Shown here in pieces: positions 8,804-17,353 of a DNA stretch of 38,956 nucleotides. Where the stretch lies: the NCBI GenBank assembly GCA_046485285.1, contig JAWOHE010000100.1, positions 1 through 38,956 of the forward strand. Direction: 5' to 3'. The position numbers and the translations under genes were made by a program. The first letter of the stretch is position 1; each line of letters begins with the position of its first letter. The notes beneath the pieces were generated by a model. It was not told the origin of the DNA. It saw only the letters and a program-made list of their open reading frames with translations, and made no database searches. The stretch comes from a bacterium (lineage in GTDB: Bacteria; Hydrothermota; Tepidihabitantia; Tepidihabitantales; Tepidihabitantaceae).

Positions 8804-9610
8804 TCACCCCTCGAACCTCCTCACCTCCTCGTACAGCCTGATGACCTCGTCGCGGACCTCGACGAGCACCCGGTCGGACAGGATGCCCGGCCCGAGCGCC
8901 TTCACCCGCGCCTCCACATCCCTCAGCCGCTCCGCCCGGCTCTTCCTCCGCCTCCCCCGCCCGACCCGCTTTGACTCTTGGCTCTTGGCCTTTGGCTTCT
9001 GGCTTTCGGCCCTTGGCTCCTGGCTTATCCCCTCCTCCGCCTTCTCTATCGCTTTCCACACCATCCTGCCGTAGCTCAGCGCCACCTTCTGCGCCACGTA
9101 GCTCAGCTCGCTCCCGGACCGCGCCAGCTCCTCCGTCACCGCCCGGTCCACCGCCCGGTACCGGTGCCGCGCCGCCAACTGCCGCGCCAGCGCCTGCGCC
9201 CGCCTCGCCGGCGCCACCGGCTTCTGCCCGGCCCGCTTCCGCGCCGCCTCGGTCTTCAGATCGTAGACATTGAGCCGCGCCGCCTCCCGGCTCTTGTCCC
9301 CGGCAAGCCCGGCCAGCGCCGTTTCCCGCGCCCGCGTCTCCCGCACCGGCGGCCGGGAAGTGTACCGGTCCAGCACCGGCACCAGCTCCCCGAACGACGC
9401 CCCGCAGGCCCGCAGGTAGTCCGCGAGCAGCGCCAGCGAGAACTGCCGCAACCGCCCCCTCTCCAGCCTGCCCAGGTGCAGGTGGAAGCCCGGCCTGCGC
9501 CCCATCACGTGCGCCAGCTCCCGGAGCGGAAGCCCGGCCGCCCGCCGCAACGACCGCAGGCGCCCGCCCAGTTCGGCCATCATCCCGACGCTCTCAGCCA
9601 AACTCTTCAT
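8804..9610 (-). CDS. XRE-like helix-turn-helix protein with basic helical C-terminal extension
   Basis: LGGRLRSLRRAAGLPLRELAHVMG...LGRLERG matches an XRE HTH pattern. SD GAGGTG precedes TTG 9613 / ATG 9610. Confidence 0.7.
   Translation of the reverse strand: MKSLAESVGMMAELGGRLRSLRRAAGLPLRELAHVMGRRPGFHLHLGRLERGRLRQFSLALLADYLRACGASFGELVPVLDRYTSRPPVRETRARETALAGLAGDKSREAARLNVYDLKTEAARKRAGQKPVAPARRAQALARQLAARHRYRAVDRAVTEELARSGSELSYVAQKVALSYGRMVWKAIEKAEEGISQEPRAESQKPKAKSQESKRVGRGRRRKSRAERLRDVEARVKALGPGILSDRVLVEVRDEVIRLYEEVRRFEG
8972..9027. repeat. 8 x 7-bp degenerate tandem repeat (TGGCTYY-like) inside the HTH gene
   Basis: tgactct tggctct tggcctt tggcttc tggcttt cggccct tggctcc tggctta. Confidence 0.85.
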
Positions 9611-9629
9611 CAATCACCTCACTACGACA

Positions 9630-9658
9630 AGGATAGTGATTATTATCCAACAGTGCAA
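9630..9658 (-). promoter_or_regulatory. Promoter of the HTH gene with an overlapping imperfect palindrome (candidate operator)
   Basis: TTGCAC-N17-TATCCT on the minus strand. GGATA-GTGATTAT-TATCC at 9631-9648 overlaps the -10 and spacer. Confidence 0.5.
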
Positions 9659-9731
9659 CCGCCAGATTACAGCCATACCGCTGTCATTACAGGCCTTATC
9701 TCACTTCCGAATTTCCCCCCTCCCCTATCCC

Positions 9732-9935
9732 CCCGGTGACCCCCCCGGTCATCGGGCCGGTAACTCAGGGCGTGACCCGGCCGGTCGTTCCCCGGGCAAT
9801 CCGGCGAGTGACCCGGCCAGTGATTCGGCCGGCAATCCGGCCGGTCACCTTCCCGGTCATCCGCCCGGCAATCGGCCCGGTCACCGACCGCGTCACCGGG
9901 CCGGCGACCGACCTGGTCACTCGCCAGGCCATTCC
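9732..9935. repeat. 17 x 12-bp degenerate tandem repeat array (consensus ~SCCGGYVAYCCG)
   Basis: Units in register: cccggtgacccc, cccggtcatcgg, gccggtaactca, ... ccaggccattcc. Flanked by TATCCCC (9726-9732) and GGGGATA (9948-9954). Confidence 0.85.
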
Positions 9936-10072
9936 CGGAGTGCGGGTGGGGATACGCCGAACGGCTGACCGTGCGCGGTGTTGCGAGCCGGGCTCTGGAG
10001 CCCTGCTTCCCGGCACCGCCCTCCTCGCCTCGGGCCTCCTGGCCCGGGCCCCGACGCGCGGGCGATTCGGAC

Positions 10073-10100
10073 TTGACAGACCGGCGCAGCGGACTATGCT
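10073..10100 (+). promoter_or_regulatory. Sigma70-type promoter
   Basis: TTGACA-N16-TATGCT, about 125 nt before AGGAGG and ATG 10228. Confidence 0.6.
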
Positions 10101-10227
10101 GGTGCCGAACAGATGGGATGGAGTGCCGGGGTGTGTCGGCAGGCACCGCCGGGCAGTAAGAGAAGCGGCAGGCCGAGGTGCCCGGTCTGCCATGAGTTAA
10201 TGCAGAAACGCCCGCAAGGAGGAAGAT

Positions 10228-12141
10228 ATGCACCGGTACAACCCACGCACTAACACCTCGCCCCGCGTTGTCCTGTTGCTGCTGACTCTTGCGGCCCTGA
10301 GCACTGCGGCCTTTGGGGAGTGGATACCGCTTGCCCCGGTCGGCGGAGAGTCTGAAGAAGAGGTAGGTCCGGGCGGCTGTATGGCCCGGGGACGCGGTCA
10401 CACCTTCGTCGCCATCGGCGACCTCGAGGAAGCCGTCTACGCATACGATGAATCGGCTGGCGAGTGGGTCGAGAACGAGGACCTGCAGGAGATGCCCGTG
10501 GTCATAGACGTGGCTGGGGCGATGGCCTATGAGCGCATCCACAACTACCGGCTGTTTGTCGCCCCTGACGACGCTGCGGATTCCCTGCTCAATGTCTACC
10601 ACTTTCACCACCCTTGGGGACTGCTTGAGCTGTGGCGCAACCCGGATGTGAGTGCGCCACTGCGTCTGCCTGACTCGGTCGGTCAGGGCGTCGCGCTGGC
10701 CTTCCGTCCGGTCGAGGACCCGGCTTCAACGCTGAGTGGCCACCTTTATCTGCTTGTCGGCGCTCGAACCCGTCGGTTCTGGCGTCGTCCGTTTCAGCAG
10801 CTCGGCTGGGCGCCAGATGCGCTCTGGCCTCCGGACGGCGGCGAGGTTTCAATGCAGGGTCTGTACCTGGACTGGCAACCGCTGGTTGGCGCCCGCGGCT
10901 ACCACCTGCAGGTGGCCGTCGAGTCCGGGTTCCTTTCGCCCTTACTTGACGTCCGGACAACGGCAGCCGAGTACTATCCGCCCGGCAACCGGCTGCCCGA
11001 GGGCAGAGCCCTGTACTGGCGCACGCGAGTGACACGGGTGAGCGGCGACGGCATCTGGAGCCCGGTGCGCAGCTTCCGGCTTTCGGGCGAACGGCGGTCG
11101 TCGGCAGCCCATCGATATCCGCCGGACGGCACGCTCACTGCCGGTGACTGGTCGGTGTTCGACTGGTCGGCGGAGAACGATGCTCGGGCCTACCAGCTGC
11201 AGGTCTCTGACTCGAGAACGAGGCAGCCCGTGCTCGACACCTTACTGGAGACCAGTGAGTTCATCTGGACCGGGCCGTTGCTGCGCGGCGAGTACGCGTG
11301 GCGAACGCGCTGGCAGGACGGAGTAGGCAACTGGCGTGATTGGAGCGGACCCAGCGGGCTCTTGTCGGTCCACGGCTGGGAAAGCCTGCCGAGCGTTCCC
11401 TGCCAAGAGACGGTTGCCGAGGGCGCCGCCATGTGCTACACGAAGGACCTGAATGGCGCGGAGAGCCTGTATGTGCTCGTCGGCAACAACAGCCGGGAGT
11501 TCTGGCGGTTCAACGTCAACGCCGGCACCTGGACGCCACGGGCGAACACGCCTTGGCAGCAGCAGGGCGGGGTATCCATCACCCCGAATGGCTGGTGGTC
11601 AGGATACCCGGAAGCCCTCTTCGCGTTACCGGGTGAGAACGACGACTCCCTGTGGCGGTACTCTATCGCCGATAGCTGGCGCAGCAGTAGGAAACTGCCA
11701 AGAGTGAGGCCACAGAACGGCGTTCCCTACGGTTCCTGCATCAACTGGGACGAGGGGTCCGCCCTGCACTTCGTGCTGGCCGGCGATTACGACCCGGAGG
11801 AGGAGACCAACTTCTACGCCTGGTCTCCGGGTGACGATGGTGACGGCCCGATGTCAGCCGGACAGACCGGGCGGGCGCAGGAGCCGGTCAGCGTTGACCG
11901 TGGCACCGGGTTGCTTGCGCTGAGCTACGCGCTGGAACGGACCGGGCCGGTCCGGGTCGTCGTCCACGACGCGGCCGGGCGCCGGGTCCGGGTGCTGGCG
12001 GCCGGCCCGATGCCGGCCGGCGTGTACCGGGTGAACTGGGACTACACCGCCGACCGCGGCGGGAAAGTGAGGAGCGGTGTCTACTTCATCAGGCTCGACC
12101 TCGCCGGAAGACCGGCGAGCGTCAAGGTTCCGGTCTGGTAG
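10228..12141 (+). CDS. Secreted Kelch-like beta-propeller protein with two FN3-like inserts and a C-terminal FlgD-Ig-like domain
   Basis: Signal peptide. Blade motifs GxxMxY...LYxLVG...FWR. Two PPDG..DW..YxLQV..WRTR repeats. Tail VHDAAGRRVRVL..NWD..GGKVRSGVYFIRL. Confidence 0.75.
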   Translation: MHRYNPRTNTSPRVVLLLLTLAALSTAAFGEWIPLAPVGGESEEEVGPGGCMARGRGHTFVAIGDLEEAVYAYDESAGEWVENEDLQEMPVVIDVAGAMAYERIHNYRLFVAPDDAADSLLNVYHFHHPWGLLELWRNPDVSAPLRLPDSVGQGVALAFRPVEDPASTLSGHLYLLVGARTRRFWRRPFQQLGWAPDALWPPDGGEVSMQGLYLDWQPLVGARGYHLQVAVESGFLSPLLDVRTTAAEYYPPGNRLPEGRALYWRTRVTRVSGDGIWSPVRSFRLSGERRSSAAHRYPPDGTLTAGDWSVFDWSAENDARAYQLQVSDSRTRQPVLDTLLETSEFIWTGPLLRGEYAWRTRWQDGVGNWRDWSGPSGLLSVHGWESLPSVPCQETVAEGAAMCYTKDLNGAESLYVLVGNNSREFWRFNVNAGTWTPRANTPWQQQGGVSITPNGWWSGYPEALFALPGENDDSLWRYSIADSWRSSRKLPRVRPQNGVPYGSCINWDEGSALHFVLAGDYDPEEETNFYAWSPGDDGDGPMSAGQTGRAQEPVSVDRGTGLLALSYALERTGPVRVVVHDAAGRRVRVLAAGPMPAGVYRVNWDYTADRGGKVRSGVYFIRLDLAGRPASVKVPVW

Positions 12142-12187
12142 CGGGCATCGGCAGGAGCGGCGCAAGCGCCCCTCCTGCCCCGGCCGG

Positions 12188-13636
12188 CTGTGGCTGCTTG
12201 TCGCCGCCGTGCTGGTCGCCGGTGTCGCGCCCGCCCAGGTGCTCGATACGGTGCTGCGTTTCCCCGGGCGTCGAGTCGGCGCTCTAGTTCTTCTCCCGGA
12301 CCAGGACCGGGTGTACGTCCCGGTACCGACCTACAACTACGCTCCGAGTACGCACTCCCGGGACCTGTTCGCGTTCGTGCTCGATGAGGCGTCCCACGAG
12401 GTCATCGGGCAGTTGCGACTGCCGGGCATTCTGGGCCGAACCGGACCATCTCAGGACCTGCTGAACCCGAAGATGGAGCGATTCTACTCCGGCGACTGGG
12501 GCGTCGCCGGCGACGAGATCCTGACCGCCGTGGTCGACTACCGAACCGACACGTTCCTGCGCTGGGTGGACACGAAACACTACTTCCAGATCGCCGCGCT
12601 CAACCGGTTGCGCAACCGGGTCTACGGCGTTGCCGGGACGCTCGGGGTGTTCGACTGCGAAACCGAGTCCATCGTCCGGGTCATCGCGGCCGAGCACGAG
12701 CTGGCCAGCTTCTCGGTCTGGGATTCGGTCGGCGACAAGGTCTACGTCGGCACGGCCCCCTTCTTCACCCGACCGGACCTGCTCACCGCGGTTGACTGCC
12801 GGACCGACAGCATCGTCGCGGTCCTGCGCACCGGCACGGATTCCCCGGAGCGGGAGTGGGTGGTCTGCGCCACCGAGTTGCGGAAGCTGTACATCGCGTC
12901 ACCCTACCCACCCAGCTTCAACCTGGCGGTCGTTGACTGCGACGCCGATACCCTCATCCGGTCGCTGAGGGTCGGCCGCGCGGTGGGCGGGCCAATGGTG
13001 TACAACCACGCCGAGAACAAGCTCTACTTCACAACCTACAACCAGCGCCTGCCGCCATATGACACGCTGGCGCTGGTGGTTGTCGACTGCCGGACCGACA
13101 GCATCGTGCGGCTGGTCCGCTCCCCCGGGTTGAACGGCCGCGGGCTGTTCATCTCGCAGGCATTGGCGGACTGGAGCAACCGACTCTACTTCGTGGTCGG
13201 AGACGGTCACGACATCCTGCTGTCGGCGCTCGACTGCCGGACCGACAGCATCGTGGGCCAGGCACGAATCCCGCGTCGCAACGTGGGGTTCGTGTACGCA
13301 AACCCGAGGAACCGGATGCTTTATGTTGCCGCCAGTTGGGACTCGGTGTCAGGCTACCAACAGGAACTCCAGATATTCCGCGACGAACTGCAGGCCGTGA
13401 GTGAGGAACAGCCGGCTGCGACGCGCCCGTCCGCGCCCCTGCGCGTCGCGCCCAACCCTGCGCGGAACCTCCTCCGGCTGTCCGGGACCGAGGACGTCGG
13501 GCTCTACGCGTCGGACGGCCGCCGGGTCGCGGTCCTCCAGCCCGGCGAGAACGACGTCCGGCACCTCGCCCGGGGCGTCTACTTCGTCCGCCGATGGGAC
13601 ACCGGCGAGTCGGCCCGGCTGGTGCTGGTGCGGTAG
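12188..13636 (+). CDS. YncE/YVTN-like beta-propeller protein with a T9SS type A-like C-terminal domain (start uncertain)
   Basis: Repeated [V/L]DC[R/D]TDSIV and KLY/KVY blade motifs, signal-like LWLLVAAVLVAGVAPA, and tail VAPNPARN...DGRRV...LARGVYFVR. No ATG is in frame near the signal peptide. Confidence 0.75.
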   Translation: MWLLVAAVLVAGVAPAQVLDTVLRFPGRRVGALVLLPDQDRVYVPVPTYNYAPSTHSRDLFAFVLDEASHEVIGQLRLPGILGRTGPSQDLLNPKMERFYSGDWGVAGDEILTAVVDYRTDTFLRWVDTKHYFQIAALNRLRNRVYGVAGTLGVFDCETESIVRVIAAEHELASFSVWDSVGDKVYVGTAPFFTRPDLLTAVDCRTDSIVAVLRTGTDSPEREWVVCATELRKLYIASPYPPSFNLAVVDCDADTLIRSLRVGRAVGGPMVYNHAENKLYFTTYNQRLPPYDTLALVVVDCRTDSIVRLVRSPGLNGRGLFISQALADWSNRLYFVVGDGHDILLSALDCRTDSIVGQARIPRRNVGFVYANPRNRMLYVAASWDSVSGYQQELQIFRDELQAVSEEQPAATRPSAPLRVAPNPARNLLRLSGTEDVGLYASDGRRVAVLQPGENDVRHLARGVYFVRRWDTGESARLVLVR

Positions 13637-13983
13637 GGCCGGAATCAGCCGACGGCCTGCGGCCATCCTGGCGAGCAAGTGGCAGGCCCGGGGTCTGTCG
13701 CCCGAGCTGCTGCGGAAAGTCTGTCACTAGGTGTTTGGCATCAGGCTGCCCGCCGGGGGTAGCCCGGGCGGTCAGCGCCGCCGGCCGGTCGGCCAGCCGG
13801 GCGGCCCGGGAAGCGCGATGCCCGGTGCGGAATCCGGTCTGTGCAGGCGTCGCCACCAGGCGCGAGCCCGACCGGCAGGGCTCCTGTGGCATTCCGGGAT
13901 TGCATCGTGTACACGAACGACGCGGCCGGCAGATTGCCGGCCGGGTGAGGGTTGCGTGTGCCTGCTGTCGGCCGCCGGGTCCG

Positions 13984-14997
13984 CTAGCGTATCCCGCCCG
14001 GCCGGCGGATGTCGAGACGCAGCGGCGTTGCGCCGCCGTCCTCGGCCGGAAACAGGTCGAGATGGACAACTTCCTTGCCCCGCACCAGCGCCGAGCCGGT
14101 GACCGCCGTCCCTTCAATCCGCCAGGCCTGCCCGACGCCGACCGATGGCCGGGCGACCTGCGCCGCCGACGCCGCGTCGCGCAGGACCGCCCGGACGTCG
14201 TCGGCCGTCATCGCGCCCGCCGGCCTGCCGGCCAGCGCATCGACGACGTAGGACTCGAGCAGGCGCGGCCAGAGGGCGCGGAACAGCGCCGGCGAGCCGA
14301 ACACGTCGACGCAGACGAACCGGCCGCCGACCGCGACCGCGACGCCAACCGCGCCCGGTGCGAGCGCCGGCACCTGGCTCTCGAGTTTCGCGCGGTAGCC
14401 CCTGACCTCGTCCTGGACGTTCCTGTCCTCGAAGACCGCGTCGAACCGGCTGGTCGGCGCGGCGACCCCGAGGTCGGCCTTGTTGGCGCTGATTTCGGCC
14501 CAGACCTCGGACTGGTCCCGGGTGTTGGCCGCCCTGCCGCGCACCCGGCCGGCCGCGACCTGGCCCTTGCTCGAGAACTCCATCGTCTCGCCGTGCCAGC
14601 GGCCGTGCTCAACGCAGTACACCGGCAGTTCCAGCCAGCCCGAGTTCGGCGGCAGGAGCACGTCGCGCTCGAGCATCCGGTTCTGCTTCGCGCCGGTAAT
14701 TATCTCGCCGGCCAGCCCGAAGACGTGGCCGTTCGAGGTGTTGCGGACCCGGACAAGGTTGACGTCGCCGCCGTCCTTCTCCTGGACCTCGACCCGGCCC
14801 CGGGCAATCGCCTTGTCGAGGGTCAGGTAGCTGCCGGACCCGCCGGTCGCGCCGACGAGTGGAAACACGGTCAGGTTGCCGTGCCGGACCGCCGGCCGGA
14901 CCGCCAGCCGGCCGAGGACGCCGGAGAGCGGGTTGGCCGCGGCCAGGAGCGGAATCGCGAGGGCGGCCGCAAACCCGCCCGCGGTGATGTGTTTCAT
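13984..14997 (-). CDS. Exported DUF6569/ARPP-1 family protein
   Basis: NLTVFPL, YLTLDKAI, GEIITGAKQNR, PVYCVEHGRW, QSEVW, LWPRLLESY match the family as recalled. N-terminal signal peptide; SD AGGAGG 5 nt before the ATG. Confidence 0.78.
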   Translation of the reverse strand: MKHITAGGFAAALAIPLLAAANPLSGVLGRLAVRPAVRHGNLTVFPLVGATGGSGSYLTLDKAIARGRVEVQEKDGGDVNLVRVRNTSNGHVFGLAGEIITGAKQNRMLERDVLLPPNSGWLELPVYCVEHGRWHGETMEFSSKGQVAAGRVRGRAANTRDQSEVWAEISANKADLGVAAPTSRFDAVFEDRNVQDEVRGYRAKLESQVPALAPGAVGVAVAVGGRFVCVDVFGSPALFRALWPRLLESYVVDALAGRPAGAMTADDVRAVLRDAASAAQVARPSVGVGQAWRIEGTAVTGSALVRGKEVVHLDLFPAEDGGATPLRLDIRRPGGIR

Positions 14998-15053
14998 ACG
15001 GTCCTCCTCCTGCCCGCGGCCGCGAGCGCGGCCGTGGGCGTTGTCTTCGCTCA

Positions 15054-15668
15054 TCAGTCAAGTCTGAAGTCGTAGGGAATCGCGACCCAGACCCGCACCG
15101 GCTGGATGCCCTGCGCGCCGGGCCGGAACCGCGCCTGGCGCGCCGCGGCCAGCGCCGCCTCGTCGAGCAGGCTGCTGCCCGAGCCCTTGAGCAGTTCGGC
15201 CCGGCTGACGCTGCTGTCCGGCTCGACGAGCAGCTTCACGACGACCCGGCCGGAGATGCCCGCGGCCCGGCAGAGCTCAGGGTAGGCCGGCTTCGGCAGG
15301 TTGAGCGGCGACGGCGGCCGCTCGATGACGACCCCGAGCGGGACCTCGACGTAGCCAGGCTCCGGCCTCGGCCGCTCGAAGATCCGGTCGCCGGTGGTGA
15401 TGCCCGGGTCGGCATCTCCCCCGTCCGGCGCCGCCACCGGCAGTCTCGGCCGGACCCGGGGCACCGGCGGCGCGGGCACGACGAGGTCGAGGTTCGCGGG
15501 CCGGTCGAAGGCGTAGACCTGCGCCGAGTGCGGCCGGTACGGGACGACCGGCGCGGGCTTGAGCGCCAGGAACCCGGCAATCACCAGGGCCAGCGCGGCG
15601 ACCATTGCCAGCCTCAGGTCGCGGTCGTAGTCCTGCTCCAGGTTGTGCGGTCTGCATCGGTGAGTCAT
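15054..15668 (-). CDS. Energy transducer TonB family protein
   Basis: N-terminal TM anchor, Pro-rich linker, and TonB_C (PAYPELCRAAGISGRVVVKLLVEPD...LDEAALAAA..RFRPG..PVRVWVAIPYDFRL). SD AGGAGG. Confidence 0.88.
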   Translation of the reverse strand: MTHRCRPHNLEQDYDRDLRLAMVAALALVIAGFLALKPAPVVPYRPHSAQVYAFDRPANLDLVVPAPPVPRVRPRLPVAAPDGGDADPGITTGDRIFERPRPEPGYVEVPLGVVIERPPSPLNLPKPAYPELCRAAGISGRVVVKLLVEPDSSVSRAELLKGSGSSLLDEAALAAARQARFRPGAQGIQPVRVWVAIPYDFRLD

Positions 15669-15687
15669 GATGACCTCCTGCCGATAC

Positions 15688-15714
15688 ATACCGCCGGGGC
15701 CGGGCGGCTATTCC
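15688..15714 (-). promoter_or_regulatory. ECF-sigma promoter, copy 2 (before tonB)
   Basis: GGAATA-N17-GTAT, the same architecture as the site in front of the sigma gene. Confidence 0.65.
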
Positions 15715-15738
15715 GGGCAGGTGCGGGATGCGGGCGGG

Positions 15739-16746
15739 CTACCGGGCGCTGTCCGGCTCCGGGGCGGGCAGGAGCAGGCGCTCGATGCTGACCCACGCCC
15801 GGGCCGGGACGCCCTCGTGCAGGTCGGGCGCGAACCGCCCGCCCGCGACCGCCAGCCGGAACAGGCTGTCGACCGCCGGGTCGCCGGAGCTTCTCAACAG
15901 CTCGACTTCGCTGACCGTGCCGTCCGGCTCGACCAGCGCCCGGGCGCCGACCATTACCGTGTCCGGGCCCGGCGCGGCCGGGAGTGGGCCGAGCGCGAGG
16001 ACCCGGCCGGCAAGGTCCGGGACCGCGGTGTCGAGCGGACGCCGTAGCTTCGCCGCCTTGAGGGCCTCGGAATCGCTGAAGTCTTCGTCACGCGCGAGCG
16101 CGACTTCCGGCGCGGCCGGCTCCGCGGCCTCGCCGACCAGGTCCGCGCGGCCTTCCTGCGCTGCGATGGCGGTGCCGCGCCCCGGCGCGGCGGCCTTGGC
16201 CGCCGGCCGGCCCGCCGAAGCGGCCCCGGCCAACCGGTCGGTCTCAACCGGGGACTCGGTCTCCGGCGCGGCTTCAGGCCGGGGAGCGGCCGAGACGATC
16301 GGGTCCGGCGTTGCGGGCTCCGGCGCGCGACGGGCCGCGGTCAGCTCCTCGCCGATGAGCGCCGGCCGCGGGCGCTGGGGCAAGCCGGTGAGGACCCGCC
16401 AGCCGCCGACAGCCGCGATCATTACCGCGGCGACGCCGGCCGCGACCGTCGCGAGCCGCATCCAGGCGAACCGCCGGCCCGGCCCTGGAGCGGGCATCAG
16501 CCGGTGGCCGGTCCGGAGCCGGCGCCAGACCTCGCGCCGGTGCCAGTCCCAGTAGTCGTCGGCCAGCGGCGGGTGCTCGTCCTGCCGGACCAGTCCGTCG
16601 ACCGCCTCGAGCGCCTCGAGCTCGCGCCGGCAGTCCGGGCAGCCGGCGAGGTGGGCGGCGACCTTCTCCGCCGCCTGCGGCTCGAGCTCGCCGTCGAGGA
16701 AGCGCTCGAGCAGTTCCCGGGTCGAACGGCAGTCTTCTTTCATCAT
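15739..16746 (-). CDS. Anti-sigma factor: zf-HC2 (ZAS) + TM + low-complexity linker + TonB_C-like domain
   Basis: FLDGEL...HLAGCPDC is a ZAS motif. TM LATVAAGVAAVMIAAVGGW. C-terminus ALVEPDGTVSEVELLRSSGDPAVD...FAP...GVPARAWV. Start overlaps the sigma stop (ATGA). Confidence 0.82.
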   Translation of the reverse strand: MMKEDCRSTRELLERFLDGELEPQAAEKVAAHLAGCPDCRRELEALEAVDGLVRQDEHPPLADDYWDWHRREVWRRLRTGHRLMPAPGPGRRFAWMRLATVAAGVAAVMIAAVGGWRVLTGLPQRPRPALIGEELTAARRAPEPATPDPIVSAAPRPEAAPETESPVETDRLAGAASAGRPAAKAAAPGRGTAIAAQEGRADLVGEAAEPAAPEVALARDEDFSDSEALKAAKLRRPLDTAVPDLAGRVLALGPLPAAPGPDTVMVGARALVEPDGTVSEVELLRSSGDPAVDSLFRLAVAGGRFAPDLHEGVPARAWVSIERLLLPAPEPDSAR

Positions 16747-17315
16747 TTCCGCGGCAGGTGCTCCTTCAGCAGTTCCCGCAAGTGCCCGCGGGCCCGGCTC
16801 AGCCGCGACATCACCGTGCCGACCGGGATGCCGAGCGCCTCGCCGATTTCGCTGTAGCTCATCTCCTCGCGCACCCGGAGCACCAGCACCGCCCGCTGTT
16901 CGACCGGCAGGCGGCCCAGCGCCCGGTCGAGCGCCCGGCCCAGCTCGCCGCCACCCGGCCCGGGCTTCGGGTCCGGGACGTCCCGCCACTCGCTGCCCGG
17001 CTCGCCGCCCGGCAGGGGCTCGAGCCGGACCCGCTTGCGCCGGCGGAAGTGGTTCATGCAGAGGTTGACGGTTATCCGGTGAATCCAGGTGTAGAACCGG
17101 TACTGCGGGTCGAACCGGCCGATTGCCCGCCACGCCCGGATGAAGGCCTCCTGGGAGACGTCCTCCGCGTCGGCGTGGTTGCGGACGAACGACCAGGCCA
17201 GCCGGTAGACCGCGTTGCTGTATCTCATCATCAAGTCATCGAATGCCCGGGTGTCGCCCTGCTGGGCCCGGCCAATAAGCTCGAGGTCCGACGCCTGACC
17301 CGCCGGGTCACTCAT
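16743..17315 (-). CDS. ECF RNA polymerase sigma factor
   Basis: Region 2 DAEDVSQEAFIRAW..FYTWIHRITVN and region 4 SYSEIGEALGIPVGTVMSRLSRAR. Confidence 0.95.
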   Translation of the reverse strand: MSDPAGQASDLELIGRAQQGDTRAFDDLMMRYSNAVYRLAWSFVRNHADAEDVSQEAFIRAWRAIGRFDPQYRFYTWIHRITVNLCMNHFRRRKRVRLEPLPGGEPGSEWRDVPDPKPGPGGGELGRALDRALGRLPVEQRAVLVLRVREEMSYSEIGEALGIPVGTVMSRLSRARGHLRELLKEHLPRK

Positions 17316-17321
17316 AGCTAA

Positions 17322-17348
17322 CTACGGTTTTCGGGCGCGGGGTATTCC
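17322..17348 (-). promoter_or_regulatory. ECF-sigma autoregulatory promoter, copy 1
   Basis: GGAATA-N17-GTAG, with the ATG 6 nt later (leaderless). Confidence 0.65.
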
Positions 17349-17353
17349 GCTGA

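Noticed and set aside
9732-9935. CRISPR array
   Set aside because: Contiguous degenerate 12-mers with no unique spacers and no cas genes.
9636-10200. ORFs spanning the 12-bp array (9636..9968, 9736..10200, 9765..10193)
   Set aside because: Several frames are open only because the repeat lacks stops; none has a convincing RBS or start.
13637-13983. Possible gene remnant (..ARGLSPELLRKVCH*) or ncRNA between convergent genes
   Set aside because: Too short, and only a vague resemblance to amidohydrolase C-termini; no clear conserved structure.
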